Below, in pieces: positions 25,222-38,377 of a stretch of DNA of 64,000 nt. The DNA comes from Felis catus (Eukaryota), in contig NC_058368.1 in assembly GCF_018350175.1 (NCBI RefSeq), forward strand, positions 48,424,001-48,488,000, in the 5' to 3' direction. A program made the position numbers and the translations under genes. The stretch's first letter is position 1; each line of letters begins with the position of its first letter. The notes beneath the pieces are model-generated. The model did not search any database and was not told the origin of the DNA. It saw only the letters and a program-made list of their open reading frames with translations.

Positions 25222-27157
25222 CATGCATACATCAGACATCTTGTGGGTTCAGCTCCAGACCATGGCAATAAAGTGACTGTTGCAAGAAAGCACACTAAGT
25301 GAATTGTTTGGCTTCCCAGTGCATATAAAAGTTGTGTCTACATTAGAACTGCAGTCTTAAGTGTACAAAAGCGTTACGCCTAAAAAAACAACATACATAC
25401 CTTAATTTAAAAATACTTTATTGCTAAAAAATTGCTAACCTTCACTTCTAATTCTAGTTCTCTTGCTATTTCTACCACATATGCAATTACTTCCTCCACT
25501 CAAGTCTTGAATCCCTCAAAGTCAACCAGGAGGGTTGTAACCAACTTCCTCCAAACTCTTGTGAATGTTGATATTTTGGCCTCTTCCCATGAATCACAAA
25601 TGCTGTTAATGGCAACTAGAACAGTGAATCCTTTCTAGAAGTTTTTCAGTTTATTTTTCCCGGATCCATCAGAGGAATCATTATGGCAGGTACAACGTTG
25701 CAAATGTAGTTTTTAATAAGAGTTGAAAGCTGAAATTACTCCATGATCCATGGGCTGCAGAATAAATGTTGTGTTAGGGACAAAAACAACATTAATCTCA
25801 TTGTACATGTCCATCAGAGCTCTTGGCTGACCAGGTACACTGTGAGTGAGCAGCAATATTGTGAAAAGAATCTATTTTTTCTGTCCAGCGGTGTCAACAG
25901 TAGGCTTAAAAAATTCTGTAAACCATGTTGTAAACAAATGGATGGTCATCTAGGCTTTGTTGTTCCATTTATGGAGCACAGGCAGAGTAGATTTAGCATA
26001 ATTTTTAAGGGCCTTAGGATTTTTGGAATGGTCAATGAGCACAGGGTTTCAACTTAGTCACCAGCCGCATTGGCCTCTAAAAAGATCGTGAGCCTGTCCT
26101 TTGAAGCTTTGAAGCCAAACATTGACTCCTCGCCTCTAGCTATGAAAGCCCTAGACGGCGTCTTCTTCCAATACAAGGTTGTTCTGTCTACATCGAAAAT
26201 CTGTTATTTCGTGTAACCACCTTCATTAGTGATCTCAGTCAGATCTTCCGGACAACTTGCCGCAGCGTCTACATCAGCACGTGCTGCTTCACCTTGCACT
26301 TGTATGTTATGGAGACGTCTTCCTTCCTTGAAGCTCAAGAACCAATCTAGCTTCAAATTTTCTTTTGTAGCTTCCTCACCTCTGTCAGTTTTTGCAAAAG
26401 TCAAGTGTTAGGGCCTTTCTCTAGATTAAGCTTTGGCTTAAGAAAATGTTGTGGCTGGTTTGATTTTCTATCAAGACCCCTAAAACTTTCTCCATATCAG
26501 CAATAAGGCTGTTTCACTTTCTTATCATTCATGTATTCACTGGAGTAGCACTCTGAATTCCCTTCAAGAACTTTTCCTCTGCATTTACAGCTTGGCTCAC
26601 CGTGCGGTGCAAGAAGCCTAGCTTTCAACCTATCTTGGCTTCTGACATGCCTTCGTCACTCAAGCTTACTTCTTTCTAGCTTTTGGTTTACAGTGGGTGA
26701 CTTTCCCTTTCTCTTGAACATAAAGAGGACCACAGTAGGGTTACTAACTGGCCTAATTCCAATATTGGTGTGCCTCATGGAATAGGAAGACCCAAGGAGG
26801 GAGAGAGACCATGAATGTCTGGTCGGCGGAACAATCAACAGCACAATCGACTTGTGCTGATTAAGTCTGCTGTCCCATGTGGATGCTGTTCATGGTGCTC
26901 TAAACAACTACAATAGTAACATCAAAGATCACTGACCACAGATCACGATAACAAATGTAATAATAATGAAAAGTTTTAATCATGAAAATTACCAAAACGT
27001 GACACAGAGACACAAAATGAGCAAATGCTATTGGAGGAGTGGTGCCGACAGACTTGCTTAGATGTAGTTGCCACAAACCTCAATTGGTTAAAAAAAAAAA
27101 AAAAGCAGTATCTGTGAAGTGCAAAAAAGCGAAGCACAATAACATGAGGTGTGCTTG
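25222..27157 (-). mobile_element. Tigger1 (TcMar/pogo) DNA transposon fossil with both ends present, an internal deletion and a pseudogenised transposase
   Basis: Ends are catgcatacatc (25222) and gaggtgtgcttg+TA (27157), resembling the CAGGCATACCTC TIRs. The minus-strand peptide RLHNIQVQGEAARADVDAAASCPEDLTEITNEGGYTK (26204-26404) matches Tigger1 transposase and is followed by degenerate DDE-domain sequence. Confidence 0.93.
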
Positions 27158-27312
27158 TACAAATATTTGAGACAGTGAAAAAGTGAAAGAAGACAGGGGT
27201 ATTTCACCAGGAAACATATAAGGGGTAAGAATGCTGAAAAGATTAGAAATGAACAAAAGTTGGAAATTTTAAGCACCACGTGGAAGAGAAACTTCTGTTA
27301 AAGAAACAAACA

Positions 27313-27540
27313 GGGACACCTGTTTGACTGTTGGTTCAAACGCCTGACTCTTGTTTTCGGCTCAGGTCCTGATCTCATGACCTGACGTGCAGGTCGACAT
27401 GTAGGCTCTACAGCACAAAGCCTGCTTGGGATTCTCTCTCCCCCTCTATCTGTGTCCTTCCCCCACTCCCATGCACATGTGCGTGCATACACTCTCTTTG
27501 TCTCAAAATAAATAAATATTTAAAACAAAAACAAAAACAA
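27313..27540 (+). mobile_element. Older Can-SINE
   Basis: tgactcttgttttcggctcaggtcctgatctcatg...gcctgcttgggattctctctc...aaaataaataaa. Confidence 0.9.
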
Positions 27541-27774
27541 AGGATTCCGTGCTAAAATTTTACCTTTGATTACTAACCACTCAATTCTTGATACAACACT
27601 AATTAATATTCACTGCACTGTCAACTGAGTGCTGCTGTTGCTGCTTGTTTAAATAAAAGTCCACCAAGATTTTTGTCTGGGAGTGGTGACTTTAGCTAAA
27701 TTTTGCTGCTGATGTGTAAGATTTTAAGGGAATACTGGATTTCTGTCAAAGAGAATGAGAGTAATGAATGCCAT

Positions 27775-28028
27775 AAAATATCTCAACTGATTTATCAGTG
27801 AAACTATAAAATATGTCTTTAAGCATATGCTATCATTAAAAATGGTCTTAATTAATTTATTTTTCTTTTTTGTATTAGACAATCCAGAATTCTAATTTGG
27901 GAAATCACGACTATTTCCACCACAAATCTTTCTCCTCCTACATACGAAGTGAGACACAAGATTCTCACTTAGACAAAACCAAGGGCCGAGGTATAATTCA
28001 TCACTGCAGAAACATTTTATAATGTAAA
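27775..28028 (+). repeat. Copy B of the local diverged direct duplication
   Basis: Aligns with 23942-24212. Confidence 0.9.
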
Positions 28029-31000
28029 TGATTATACACAATCTTTCCAGAGGATTATACAATATCCCTTGAAAGGGTAATAATAAAATAATTTTAAAAA
28101 TCTCTTAACAAATTATTGAATACAGGCCAAATGCAGCAAGGTAAATGTAACAATATATTTAATAAAATGTATATCTGAAAATCTAAAGATAAATACGGAC
28201 AAGATTATATTGTCATATACTATTTTCTTAAAAAGTCTGAAAGCCAGTTTTAATCATAATAATCCACTTGATAAAATATTATACATAATATTCTAATGAA
28301 TATGTTCCTTTCGGCGATCTGGGGGATCACATATGAACTTTCCTAATAAGATAATCTTCTTCCCGAATAAACATTTTAAAAATGTAGCTTTAGCTTTAGG
28401 CATTTTGTTGAATGAATGTAAAAATTAATCTAAAACCTCCTACATGTTAGTATCCAGAGTATTAGACGTGTTTCCTATAGGCAGCCATTATCATCAGGTG
28501 AACCTTATTATGGTCTGATAATGAATAAAAAGTGCTTTTAATATTGGTCGTATCTTTTAATCACTTCGTAATCTCAAAAAGTGACAAAAAGTGTCTGGAC
28601 GCAATCACATCTTTGGAAAGCCCTCCAGAGATTATGTGTAATCATGGTAAAGGACTGCTTAGACAATATTTTGCTACATGTTATCCAAGATTTACATGTC
28701 ATCTGTTTTGCCTTTAATGGCACCAAGGATCTTCAGAGAAGTAGAGAATTTACACCCCCCTGCACACACACACAAACGGGATGTCCCCAACTATCCATTT
28801 ATCTATCCATTCATCTATTCATCCAGCCAGCCAGCATTTAAATAAAGTATATTTAATTTTATCTTTCTAAACTTGTTGAGAAATAGTCTCAAGGTTGTTT
28901 TTAGGAAAGATTATAAAGTGACCTAACATTACATAGCTTGTGGTTTAACTTTTACAATAATCTTTGCTTTATGGCCTGTAGTCTGGTCATTATAGAAAGA
29001 AAATTTGATTTGGACGCAAAGAATTCATGACTTACCCTGTCACTTACTAGCTGTGCCGTCTTGGTATCATCATTAAAATTTTCTAGGAGTGAATTTATTT
29101 ACCTACAAAAGAGTAATACGATTCCAAACTCATACAATTATTTTATAGATTGTATTAAGGGTATTAACAGCTTTTAAATAATACTGGTTAGTGTGGGATA
29201 GAAGCAAATGAGCCCCCCCTCTCAGAACTAAAAATTCCAATACAACCTCATCTATGACTATAACTCTCAGAAGAGACTTGATTCCATGCACTGAGCATAA
29301 AATATTCTGATGAAGGATTGCATAAATAGAGCTACTGTAGAGGTACTGTGTTGGCTAACCAATCAAACGGATACATACACTACAAAAGTAGCTACAAGTC
29401 AAAACATTATGCATATTTTTTAGGGTTCATGTGATTTTAAACAAACACATCTTCTCTTAAAATACAAAAGACAGTCATGTGACACTGTTAAATTTGATTC
29501 TGTGGTTTTTTTCTTGCTTCATTAGATTGGCCCATAGGATGATGTGTACAATGGAAAACATTTTACTTGATTGGTTTGATTTCTTAATTCCACAATATAA
29601 GTAACCTACATCAATCCATAGTTCAGTTTGTACCCATTATCACAATATATATTGTGTTAAAATAATTATTTTGGGATGTTGACCATTCTTCGCCAGTCTT
29701 ACCATGGGATGAAAAAGCAGGTCATTATTTGTTTCTTATGCCTCAGCAGAGATCAGTTTGTATAAGTCTCACTGTCTGAATTGGTGATTAATTGACATTT
29801 ATTTTTTATGGGAAGTGTTAAGGAAACTTACTGTGCATGTCACGTAAAAAAAGGAAATAAACTATATCTATGAACCCATATCCTGTGATAACAGAAGCTT
29901 TTAAGTTACACAGCATTATTTTAGATGTAGTACATTTAAAGAGCAAAATTCCTTTTTTTTTTTTTTTTTTTTACACGAAGTGCACAGTAGATACATGCTT
30001 AGTTTTTGTGCCTTGGCTTCCCTCCTAAGTAAATGGAATTTTAGAGCTATGAGCACCATCCCGAAAGCAAGCCATCTACAACTCTGGCCATTTTTGCTGT
30101 AAGGGTAAAAGTCACCAAACAAGTACTTGTGAACAAAGCATGCACTGTACTTTCTTCTCTGTTGTTTTATTTTACTAAAAAGGAAAACCCATTTTTCAAG
30201 ATTTTCTTACATGGGCCCGGTTGGTCATCATTTGTCTTACTTTCAGCCCAGTGATTTTCTGATTTTACTCTACATGTTCAAGGGCAAACTCTTAAATACA
30301 AATACTGTAAGAGTGTGTATATATAAAACTCGCCAAAAAAAATTAAAGCAAAGTATACTTTAAAAAGAGAGAGAGAGAGAGAGAAAAGTACAGATGAGAG
30401 AATAAAAGCAAATAAGTAGAAATATGCTACAATGACTTTGACTTGAAAAGCATTAAATGAACTATCTCCTGCCTTCAAGGGGAAGATATTTGAATGAATA
30501 TTTAGTTCAACTGTGTTATCTCAATATCTCAAGAGTTAGTTTAGGAAACGACTGATTCCTTAAGAAAATTCACAACATATGCATAACGTAACGGACTGTG
30601 TGCTTTTGCATTTATATTTTTATGCTTTCACACTTGAGTTGAAAATGGTAGCCTTTCAAAAGGGGTTCAATACACATTTACATTTATCCCAAATTTTCCT
30701 TATTTCCTAGTGGTCATGTTTTTCTATGACCTATTTATTTCCTAGGACTTTCACGAATCGTATCATTTATCCAAAGCACTCGGGATCTATGTTATCAGTT
30801 GGCTGCAAACCCGAAACCCTGGTTTGGCACGTGTGTGTGGCAAAGTTGGGGTGGTATGAAATGGCAAGGATTCCTCTCGTATAGGCTGGTGAAGGATAGA
30901 GGGGATTATGCTTTTTTTGTTTTTTTTAATAGCAGACATTCCTAAGCAATGAAAAGACTGACAGAAATGTGTGGACACAAACACAATGTGTTATATGTTA

Positions 31001-31278
31001 TATAAACATACAGATATTTAGCAAATAAGTAATACTTTATCATATAACATAATCAGTGAATACTCATCACATTTGCGAGATGTGAATACTGTGCTGAAGA
31101 TATGAAGCCACTTAAATCCCATTCACCTGACCAAATGATGTAAAGAAGCAGTGTCACTAAAACTAATGTCGAAAAGAAGTCTAGGAAGTTAGTTTTGCTC
31201 CTTATTGTTATTTTTTTTTTTTACAACTGCTGTCACAGTGAACCTTACAAAGCATACAAAGATGTCTTAAACATAAAT

Positions 31279-31690
31279 TTTATGATTCCAACTATATGTC
31301 ATCTTGGAAAAGACCAAACTACGGAGACAGTAAAAAGATCAGTAGTTGCCAGGGGCTTCGGAAAGGGAGGGGAGGGAAGAATGAGAAAGCACAGAGGATG
31401 TTTGAGGCAAACTCTTCTGTATGTTACTGCAGTGGTGGACACATGTCACTATGCACTTGCCAAAACCCACAGAACTGGACCACACGAAGACCGAAAACCT
31501 TAATGCGAAGGTAATACCAACATATTGATATAGGTTCATTAAATCAAGTGTGACCAATGTGCTACAGTAATGCAAGACTTCACCACTAGGGGAACCCGTG
31601 CGGGGGGAGGGAGGCCGAGGTGGGAATATGGAATGTTTGAGTCCAATCTGCTAAATTATTCTGTAAACCTAAATTTGTACTAAAAAATAA
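31279..31690 (+). mobile_element. LINE-1 3' end (L1MC-like)
   Basis: tatgattccaactatatg...aaactacggagacagtaaaaagatcagtagttgccagggg...ttctgtaaacctaaa...taaaaaataaa. Confidence 0.8.
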
Positions 31691-31928
31691 ATCCCGCTAA
31701 TTATTTTTAGGAAACTGAATTCAGTATTAATGATGTTAGTGAGATCCAATTTTGTCTATTATTTTGTTTACCATTCTTCACAAAAGTTAATAATCCAAAA
31801 CTATTATCACAACACTTGTGAATAAAAAAACGGGGGTAACTGTTTCGGGCTTATGTTTTTCTATCTCATCATTAGAATTTTTTAATCTTTTAGTTTTAAA
31901 TTATTGTTTATCATTCAGTGACTGATTT

Positions 31929-32139
31929 TTTTTAAATGTTTTATTTATTTTTGAGACAGAGAGAGACAGAGCATGAGCAAGGGAGGGACAGAGAGAGAGA
32001 GGGAGACACGGAATCCGAAGCAGGCTCCAGGCTCCAAGCTGTCAGCACAGAGCCGGACAGGGGCTCAAACCCATGAACTTTGAGATTGTGACCTGAGCCA
32101 AAGTTGGACACTTGACCAACTGAGCCACCCACGTGCCCC
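31929..32139 (-). mobile_element. Feliform Can-SINE
   Basis: Full length, with perfect TSD tcagtgactgattt (31915-31928 / 32140-32153). Confidence 0.96.
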
Positions 32140-32169
32140 TCAGTGACTGATTTAAAATGATAAAGTTTA

Positions 32170-32387
32170 GGGGCACCTGGATGGCTCAGTCGGTTGGGCG
32201 TCCGACTTCAGCTCAGGTCACGATCTCACGGCTTGTGAGTTCAAGCCCCGCGTCAGGCTCTGTGCTGACAGCTCAGAGCCTGGAGCCTGCTTCAGATTCT
32301 GTGTCTCCCTCTCTCTCTGCCCATCCCCTGCTCGTGCTCTGTCTCTCTCTCCTTCAAAACTAAATAAACATTAAAAAAAATTTTTTT
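32170..32387 (+). mobile_element. Feliform Can-SINE
   Basis: Full length, with TSD aatgataaa(g/a)ttt. Confidence 0.96.
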
Positions 32388-33657
32388 AATGATAAAATTT
32401 CACATTCGCAATATATTAAAGGAAAGCATGTGTTATAGGCTCTTATGGAAAAAAAAGTTCACTTGAATCTTCATCCTAAGAATGTTCTCCCTGTGCTCAT
32501 TACAGATTTTAAAATATGCACTAATGTTTACCATTCTCAAACAGATTAATCTTCTCTGCTACCAGATGGATCTTGCTTTTGATTTCACAAAATGTTCACC
32601 CCAGTTATTTTTACAGTGACAGCTCACAGTGGTGGAGTACATCAAATTGCAGAGACAAGAAAACTTGACCCAAAGAGGATGAGAGAGCCAAACGATACAT
32701 TTGGAAACCCTTATGCCTTACAACATATAAAGCAATAATGCAATCTTTTTTTTTTTTTTTTTGTATAAGGAGGTGTGTATGCAAAATGCAGGCCGTTGTG
32801 GGATCTTTAAGCAAGCAAGTAGTCAAGAATTGCCTCTATATGCTTCTCTTCACAGAGAAAATGCCTTTAAAGAGAGATCAACAACCAGACAAAACAAGAC
32901 TAATGGCAAAGACAGAAATCTACCTTTTCCCACTTAGCCCTGGCATCGAAGGCAGCTGCAATGGGAAAATGGCACAAGTAGAAAGGCAACAGAGTTTAAA
33001 TGCCCCAGAACTTATTCAGGATTTAATTCTAGCTCAGCTCACTATCAAGTCACTAAAATGCTCTTGTGCAACACTTTTAGTCTCATCTTCTGGCTTCCTA
33101 TTAAATGAAATATAGATGCACGCAGGTCTGAGGATCTGAAAGGATGAAAGCGTGGCTAGGTTTTGGAAGTGGTCCCCCATTCAACCGCAATTGCTACAAG
33201 GCACGCTCAGGTGTACATAATTAACACGATTACATGGAGTATGGCCCGTACAATCATGCCCCCTGTTGATTCTACCAAACAGGAAGTGCATACGAGGAAA
33301 AGGGGAGAAGGGGCAGGTTGGAGCCCCAGAGACCACAAAGGCAGGGACAGGAAAAGCAGAAAGGACAATTCATGTGACTGAAAAAGATAAGCTGCCGGCC
33401 AGCCAAGACCCCTGCAAATCAGAGGAGACTTACAATGACAGGGGACATCTCAGCTCACTACTCCTATTGGCTGGGATACTTATTTATAAGACATAAGGAT
33501 TTTTTAAAAATGTTAATAGTAATGCTGTCAAGAACGCAGTAAAATGGACACTGTATTATGCTGCAGGCTAACAGGGTGAATGGGTACACACTTTCAGGAA
33601 TACTGTTGGACTTTGTCTTGAGTCTTAAAACACTTTAAAACAAGTAATAACATTTTT

Positions 33658-33877
33658 TAAATTAAAAAAAAAATTTTTTTAATTTATTTTTGAAGGGGAA
33701 AGAGACAGAGCATGAGTGGGGGAAGAGCAGAGAGACAGGGAGACACAGAATCCAAAGCAGGCTCCAGGCTCTGAGCTGTCAGCACAGAGCCCGACGTGGG
33801 GCTTGAACCCACAAACTGTGAGATCACAACCTGAGCCGAAGACAGACGCTCAACCGACTGAGCCACCCAGGCGCCCC
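33658..33877 (-). mobile_element. Feliform Can-SINE
   Basis: Full length, with TSD aa(g/c)taataacattttt. Confidence 0.95.
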
Positions 33878-33957
33878 AACTAATAACATTTTTAAGCCTC
33901 TAGAGCATTGCTATCCCCCCTCTTTTTTCCTCCCTCCACTCCCATATATATGCGTGT

Positions 33958-33959
<2 letters not shown>

Positions 33960-34032
<73 letters not shown>
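33960..34032. repeat. Compound (CA)n(CT)n microsatellite
   Basis: Seen directly, uninterrupted. Confidence 0.95.
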
Positions 34033-34035
<3 letters not shown>

Positions 34036-36817
34036 TGCTGAAGAGGGACCATATATTCAGGATCTATTTACCCTTTATATTCAGGTCAGTTTACCCCTAA
34101 GTACTCTAATTGTAAAAACAGAATAACATTTGGAATTAAAATCTTCAATCAATACCAGTGTTGGCTTTCAGCAATCACCAGACAGAATGTGCTTCATAAA
34201 AGGGGAGGGAGTCAAGGAAACTTAACACATTGAGTCATGATTCCTTTGGAATATGGATGTGGATGTGGCATGACCTCACGATTTCAAAGTGCTGACACTG
34301 TAAAGAAGCTTCCAAAAGATGGTTTTCTATTAGGAAGATTATACATATATACCAACCATCTCAATTTCACATAAGTAAGTACTTTAGGTGGCTTTGGAGA
34401 AAAATCCCAGTGGCAACATCATCATGACTGATTTAAACTATGTTGTATATCAAGCAAATTAGACATGAGTCAAGATGACGTATTTGAGAAAACGATGACT
34501 TAAAAAGTGGCTCTAGTGAGGACAATGCCGTTGACGTTGAACTTGCATGTGAAGACAACGAATAAAATATAAAATTTGGGAGTCTGGAAAAATTTAATAT
34601 TTTAAAATGTATACACTATTTAACACAAAGTATGATTTTTTATAAGTAGTTTAACATATTAAAATATTATACTGCTATCATTAAGCTATTTATGAGTTTA
34701 TATATTCAAGTTGGTTATAAAAATCTCCTCCTGAGAAAACGGGATATGTTAATGCAGGGACTTGTATGTAGACAAAGATAGCAATTTGGGATTTTGACAA
34801 AGGAGTATACACGAATCCTCATTTTTGTCTTATTTATAAGAGTGAACATTAGACACAACAAGGCGGGCATAAAAACAGAATAAAGCTTGCAACAAAGGCC
34901 TTAGCCCTGACGATAAACTGAATCCTCCCCCCTGCCCCAGCCCCACCCTGGAACATTTCAAAAGTACACAGGCAAGAGACACAGTAAGTCTGGGAAATGG
35001 TACAGATGCCAGGAGTTTAAAAAGCATCATGTGACTCCAATGACCAGGCAGGTTTGAGAAGCAATATTCAATGACATGAAAGAATACTATCTATATGATG
35101 TTGAGCTAAAAAAAAATGTTAGGATACAAAACTGCATATAAAGAATACGTTTCATTTTGTCTCCCCCCATCCCGTTTTTATTTACATATGAAAATAAGAA
35201 AAAGGTAGAAAACTACTCCAGAATGTTAATAATGGTTTCTCCATCTGGAAAATTTGTGGGCGATCTAGATTTCCTTTTCCCCTAAGTTTTCCTCATTTTC
35301 TACAGTGAACCTGTGCTACTTTTAAAATAAAAAGAAATGTGTTATATTTTGGGAAGATACACATATGAGGAGTGTAGAATATGTATTTTAAGAAAAAAAT
35401 CTGAAAAAAGGAACAGAGGCATTTCTAATTTTTAATCTGGCTCTCCCTAGATTCTAGTGAACCATAATGTTGTTAGAAGAAAATAGCAAATTCTGTTAAA
35501 AGCTGATCTGCCAATGGTGTTCCTGGTATCAGTTTTAGATGGGCCACATGGCTATTCTACAGAAATTAATGTCTCCACCTGTATAACCGTGTTTCTACCT
35601 ATGTAACTGTGTCTTGATCTGTATAGCCGGAATGAAACTAAAGACAAGAGCTAAATACAGTTGGTAACAATTATATTTAAAGGTATGTAACTGCAGTAAC
35701 CCTGGTAAGTTGAAACTATGGATTCCTCTGGAAATCCCAAGCTGCTGCATTACAGTTTACTGGAAAAACATTTTCATACTTGAGAAATTATTGAAAACAC
35801 TTATATGCCAGTATGTGGGAACAAAAAAAGCTTTTTATGTTTCTGATGAAAAGCTTTCACTCAATCAATAAGTATTTAGGCACATTACTATATACTCAGC
35901 ACTGCACTCGGACAAATGTGAGGATGCCACAAAGGATTTTAATGCCTACCCTGAAAGAAGCCACTCTCGCACCCCCACCCCAGAGGTGTAATCAAAGTGT
36001 CATCACTTTTTAGCGAACTGCACTCAGAAAACACAAAATGCATATGGAGTGGGGAATGTTTCAAGCATCGTGCCTTGTAAACGGGAGGGCATTAAAAGTG
36101 AATCTGAGGAAACAAAATTGTGCTCTTTAAATCAACTACTTCAGAGTGTACATACAAAACAAGCACACATCCAAATAAGTATAGAGACCTTACGACTACA
36201 AATCAAATACTTAATTAAAATAATTTCTAAGAATGCAGAAGAATAAACATTTATATAATATTTCGTACAACAATAATTGGCAGAATTTTCTCCCGCAGTA
36301 CATTCAATGAAGAAATTCACTCTCAAAGAACTTGAGTCATCTGAGGCCAGGATATTATATGGATCTGTGATCTAAGCCCAAGAGTAATTCCTAAGACTAA
36401 ATTTCCTTCCCAGTGCTTTCCTATGGGAGCCCTAGAACAGGGAGAGAGCAAGCTCGTGTCTTTATTTGAGAAATGTTTTTATGCAGCTCATGTGAAATCA
36501 GTATATGGCAATATCCAACTGAAGAAAGGGTAAGATGAGCACTACTTGGATACCTGTCAGTAAGCACTTACCCACTTTCGCTATACGCCTGGCACATAAC
36601 AAATTTAACGGCATGAGGCAGGCATCAGTGACCCGCATCACGATGTTTATTTCTTCTTTAGCTCTTGTTTGTTCTCACATTAAGCCTTAGGATAACAGCA
36701 ACTAGAACAATCATTCTTAACAAAAATAGCATCCCAAATTTTGTGCCTTGGCCACACTGTATGTTACATAAGTTTGAAAGAAATGAGAAAGATGGGAGAA
36801 TAAAATGGAATAACCAA

Positions 36818-37012
36818 GGGGCGCCTGAGTGGCTCACTCGGTTAAGCGTCTGACTCTTGATTTCAGCTCAGGTCACAATCTCATGGTTGGTAAAATCAAG
36901 CCCTGCATCAGGCTCTGGGCTGACAGTGCAGAGCTTGCTTGGATTCTCTCTCTCTGTCCCTCTCCTGCCTGTGCTCTCTCTCTCTCTCAAAAATAAATAA
37001 GCATTAAAAAAA
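36818..37012 (+). mobile_element. Can-SINE
   Basis: ggggcgcctgagtggctcactcggttaagcgtc head, with TSD-like ataaaatggaa(t)aaccaa. Confidence 0.93.
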
Positions 37013-38377
37013 ATAAAATGGAAAACCAAAAGCCTAAATACATTTGTAGGTAGTTCCATTAGAAATGTAAGTGGATAAATCAGTTCACCATTTACTGACT
37101 TTCTTGTTCCTTTTCTTTAAAAAGCCAAAAAAAAAAAAAAAAAAAAACACACAACTCAGAAATAAAGAAATAAATGTTTTATTTTTGACCAAGGATGCAT
37201 GTCTCTTGATAAAAGCAGTGTCATAAAGTGTAACTTTTGTAAAAGTTACAGTAATAAAGGAGAGGCAGGGGGGTTTTATAAAAGGCAACCTTACCTAGGT
37301 TCTAGCTTGGGTTCTATTTTACGCAACCAGTTCACTTATTGTCTCTCTCCCTTTAATGTCTAATGAAATGACTCTGATGATGCTTTTGCATACTTCCTGG
37401 GTCTTTTACCTCCTCCAGCCCTATCAGATTCCACCTGTCCTGAATGAGATCCCACCCTCAGTCTTCCAAGCACTCTGAGCTTCCCGGGTCCTTGTCTAAT
37501 GAGGCTGTGTGCCCGTGAAGACACCATTTCCTCTAGTTCTTTTGCAGCCCTGCACCTATCACAGTCCCTGGTCCACAGTAAGCTCTTAATTAAAGCTCAT
37601 TAGTAAAGCTCCAGTTGCTCTCTAAAGCCCTTATTAACTCTGAAATTGAATAAATCTATGAAATTACCCCATGTCTAAAACTTAACAAACAGTAAATACA
37701 TTAACTTAATTATAACATATATACAAACATTAGAGTTGAACATTTCTATTGGCTCAATCCTTCATTTAAAAAGAATTTAATTCAATTGCCATTTTAGTAA
37801 TTTCTCTCACTACAGAACTTTAGGGCAGCAGTTTCCAGATATCACAAAGTAATTTTTAAGAGGAGATTAAAGACGCACATTTTCAGTGGGCCTAATACCT
37901 AACAATGGCCGAGTCACACTTTCTATTTTTGTTCATTTGAAGTACATTACTTTTGGGGCTTTGCTTTTGTTTTGGACAACTAAAAGATGCACAGAATTGC
38001 TAAATATATTACAATAACAGTTAAAAGCTAAAGTTCTCTCTGGTTGTAAAATTTAGTTTTAATGTCTATTAAATTCCACAAAGCTAGTTATGATTTTGTA
38101 TGCATTTTTTTCTGTCCATTAGGAAATAATACATGAAAGGCAGGTTATAAATTTTATAATTAGATACAATGATAAATGCATATGTCTGATCCGGCTAAGT
38201 TTCCATCCTGCAGTAATAAAAACACTACTCTAATTCCTTCTGTGGTGATGCCCTAAACCAGCAAACCTGACTTACTCCTTCCTTCCAAACTCCACGGTAC
38301 ATTTTCCATGTATTTCATTCTACTTCCCTTTCTCCTCCTATTTGTTTATTATGCTCAGTTCATTTCTGTTAAATGTT

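Noticed and set aside
25432..26844. Possible functional transposase or TIGD gene
   Set aside because: Multiple stops and frameshifts plus an internal deletion; only short peptide remnants remain.
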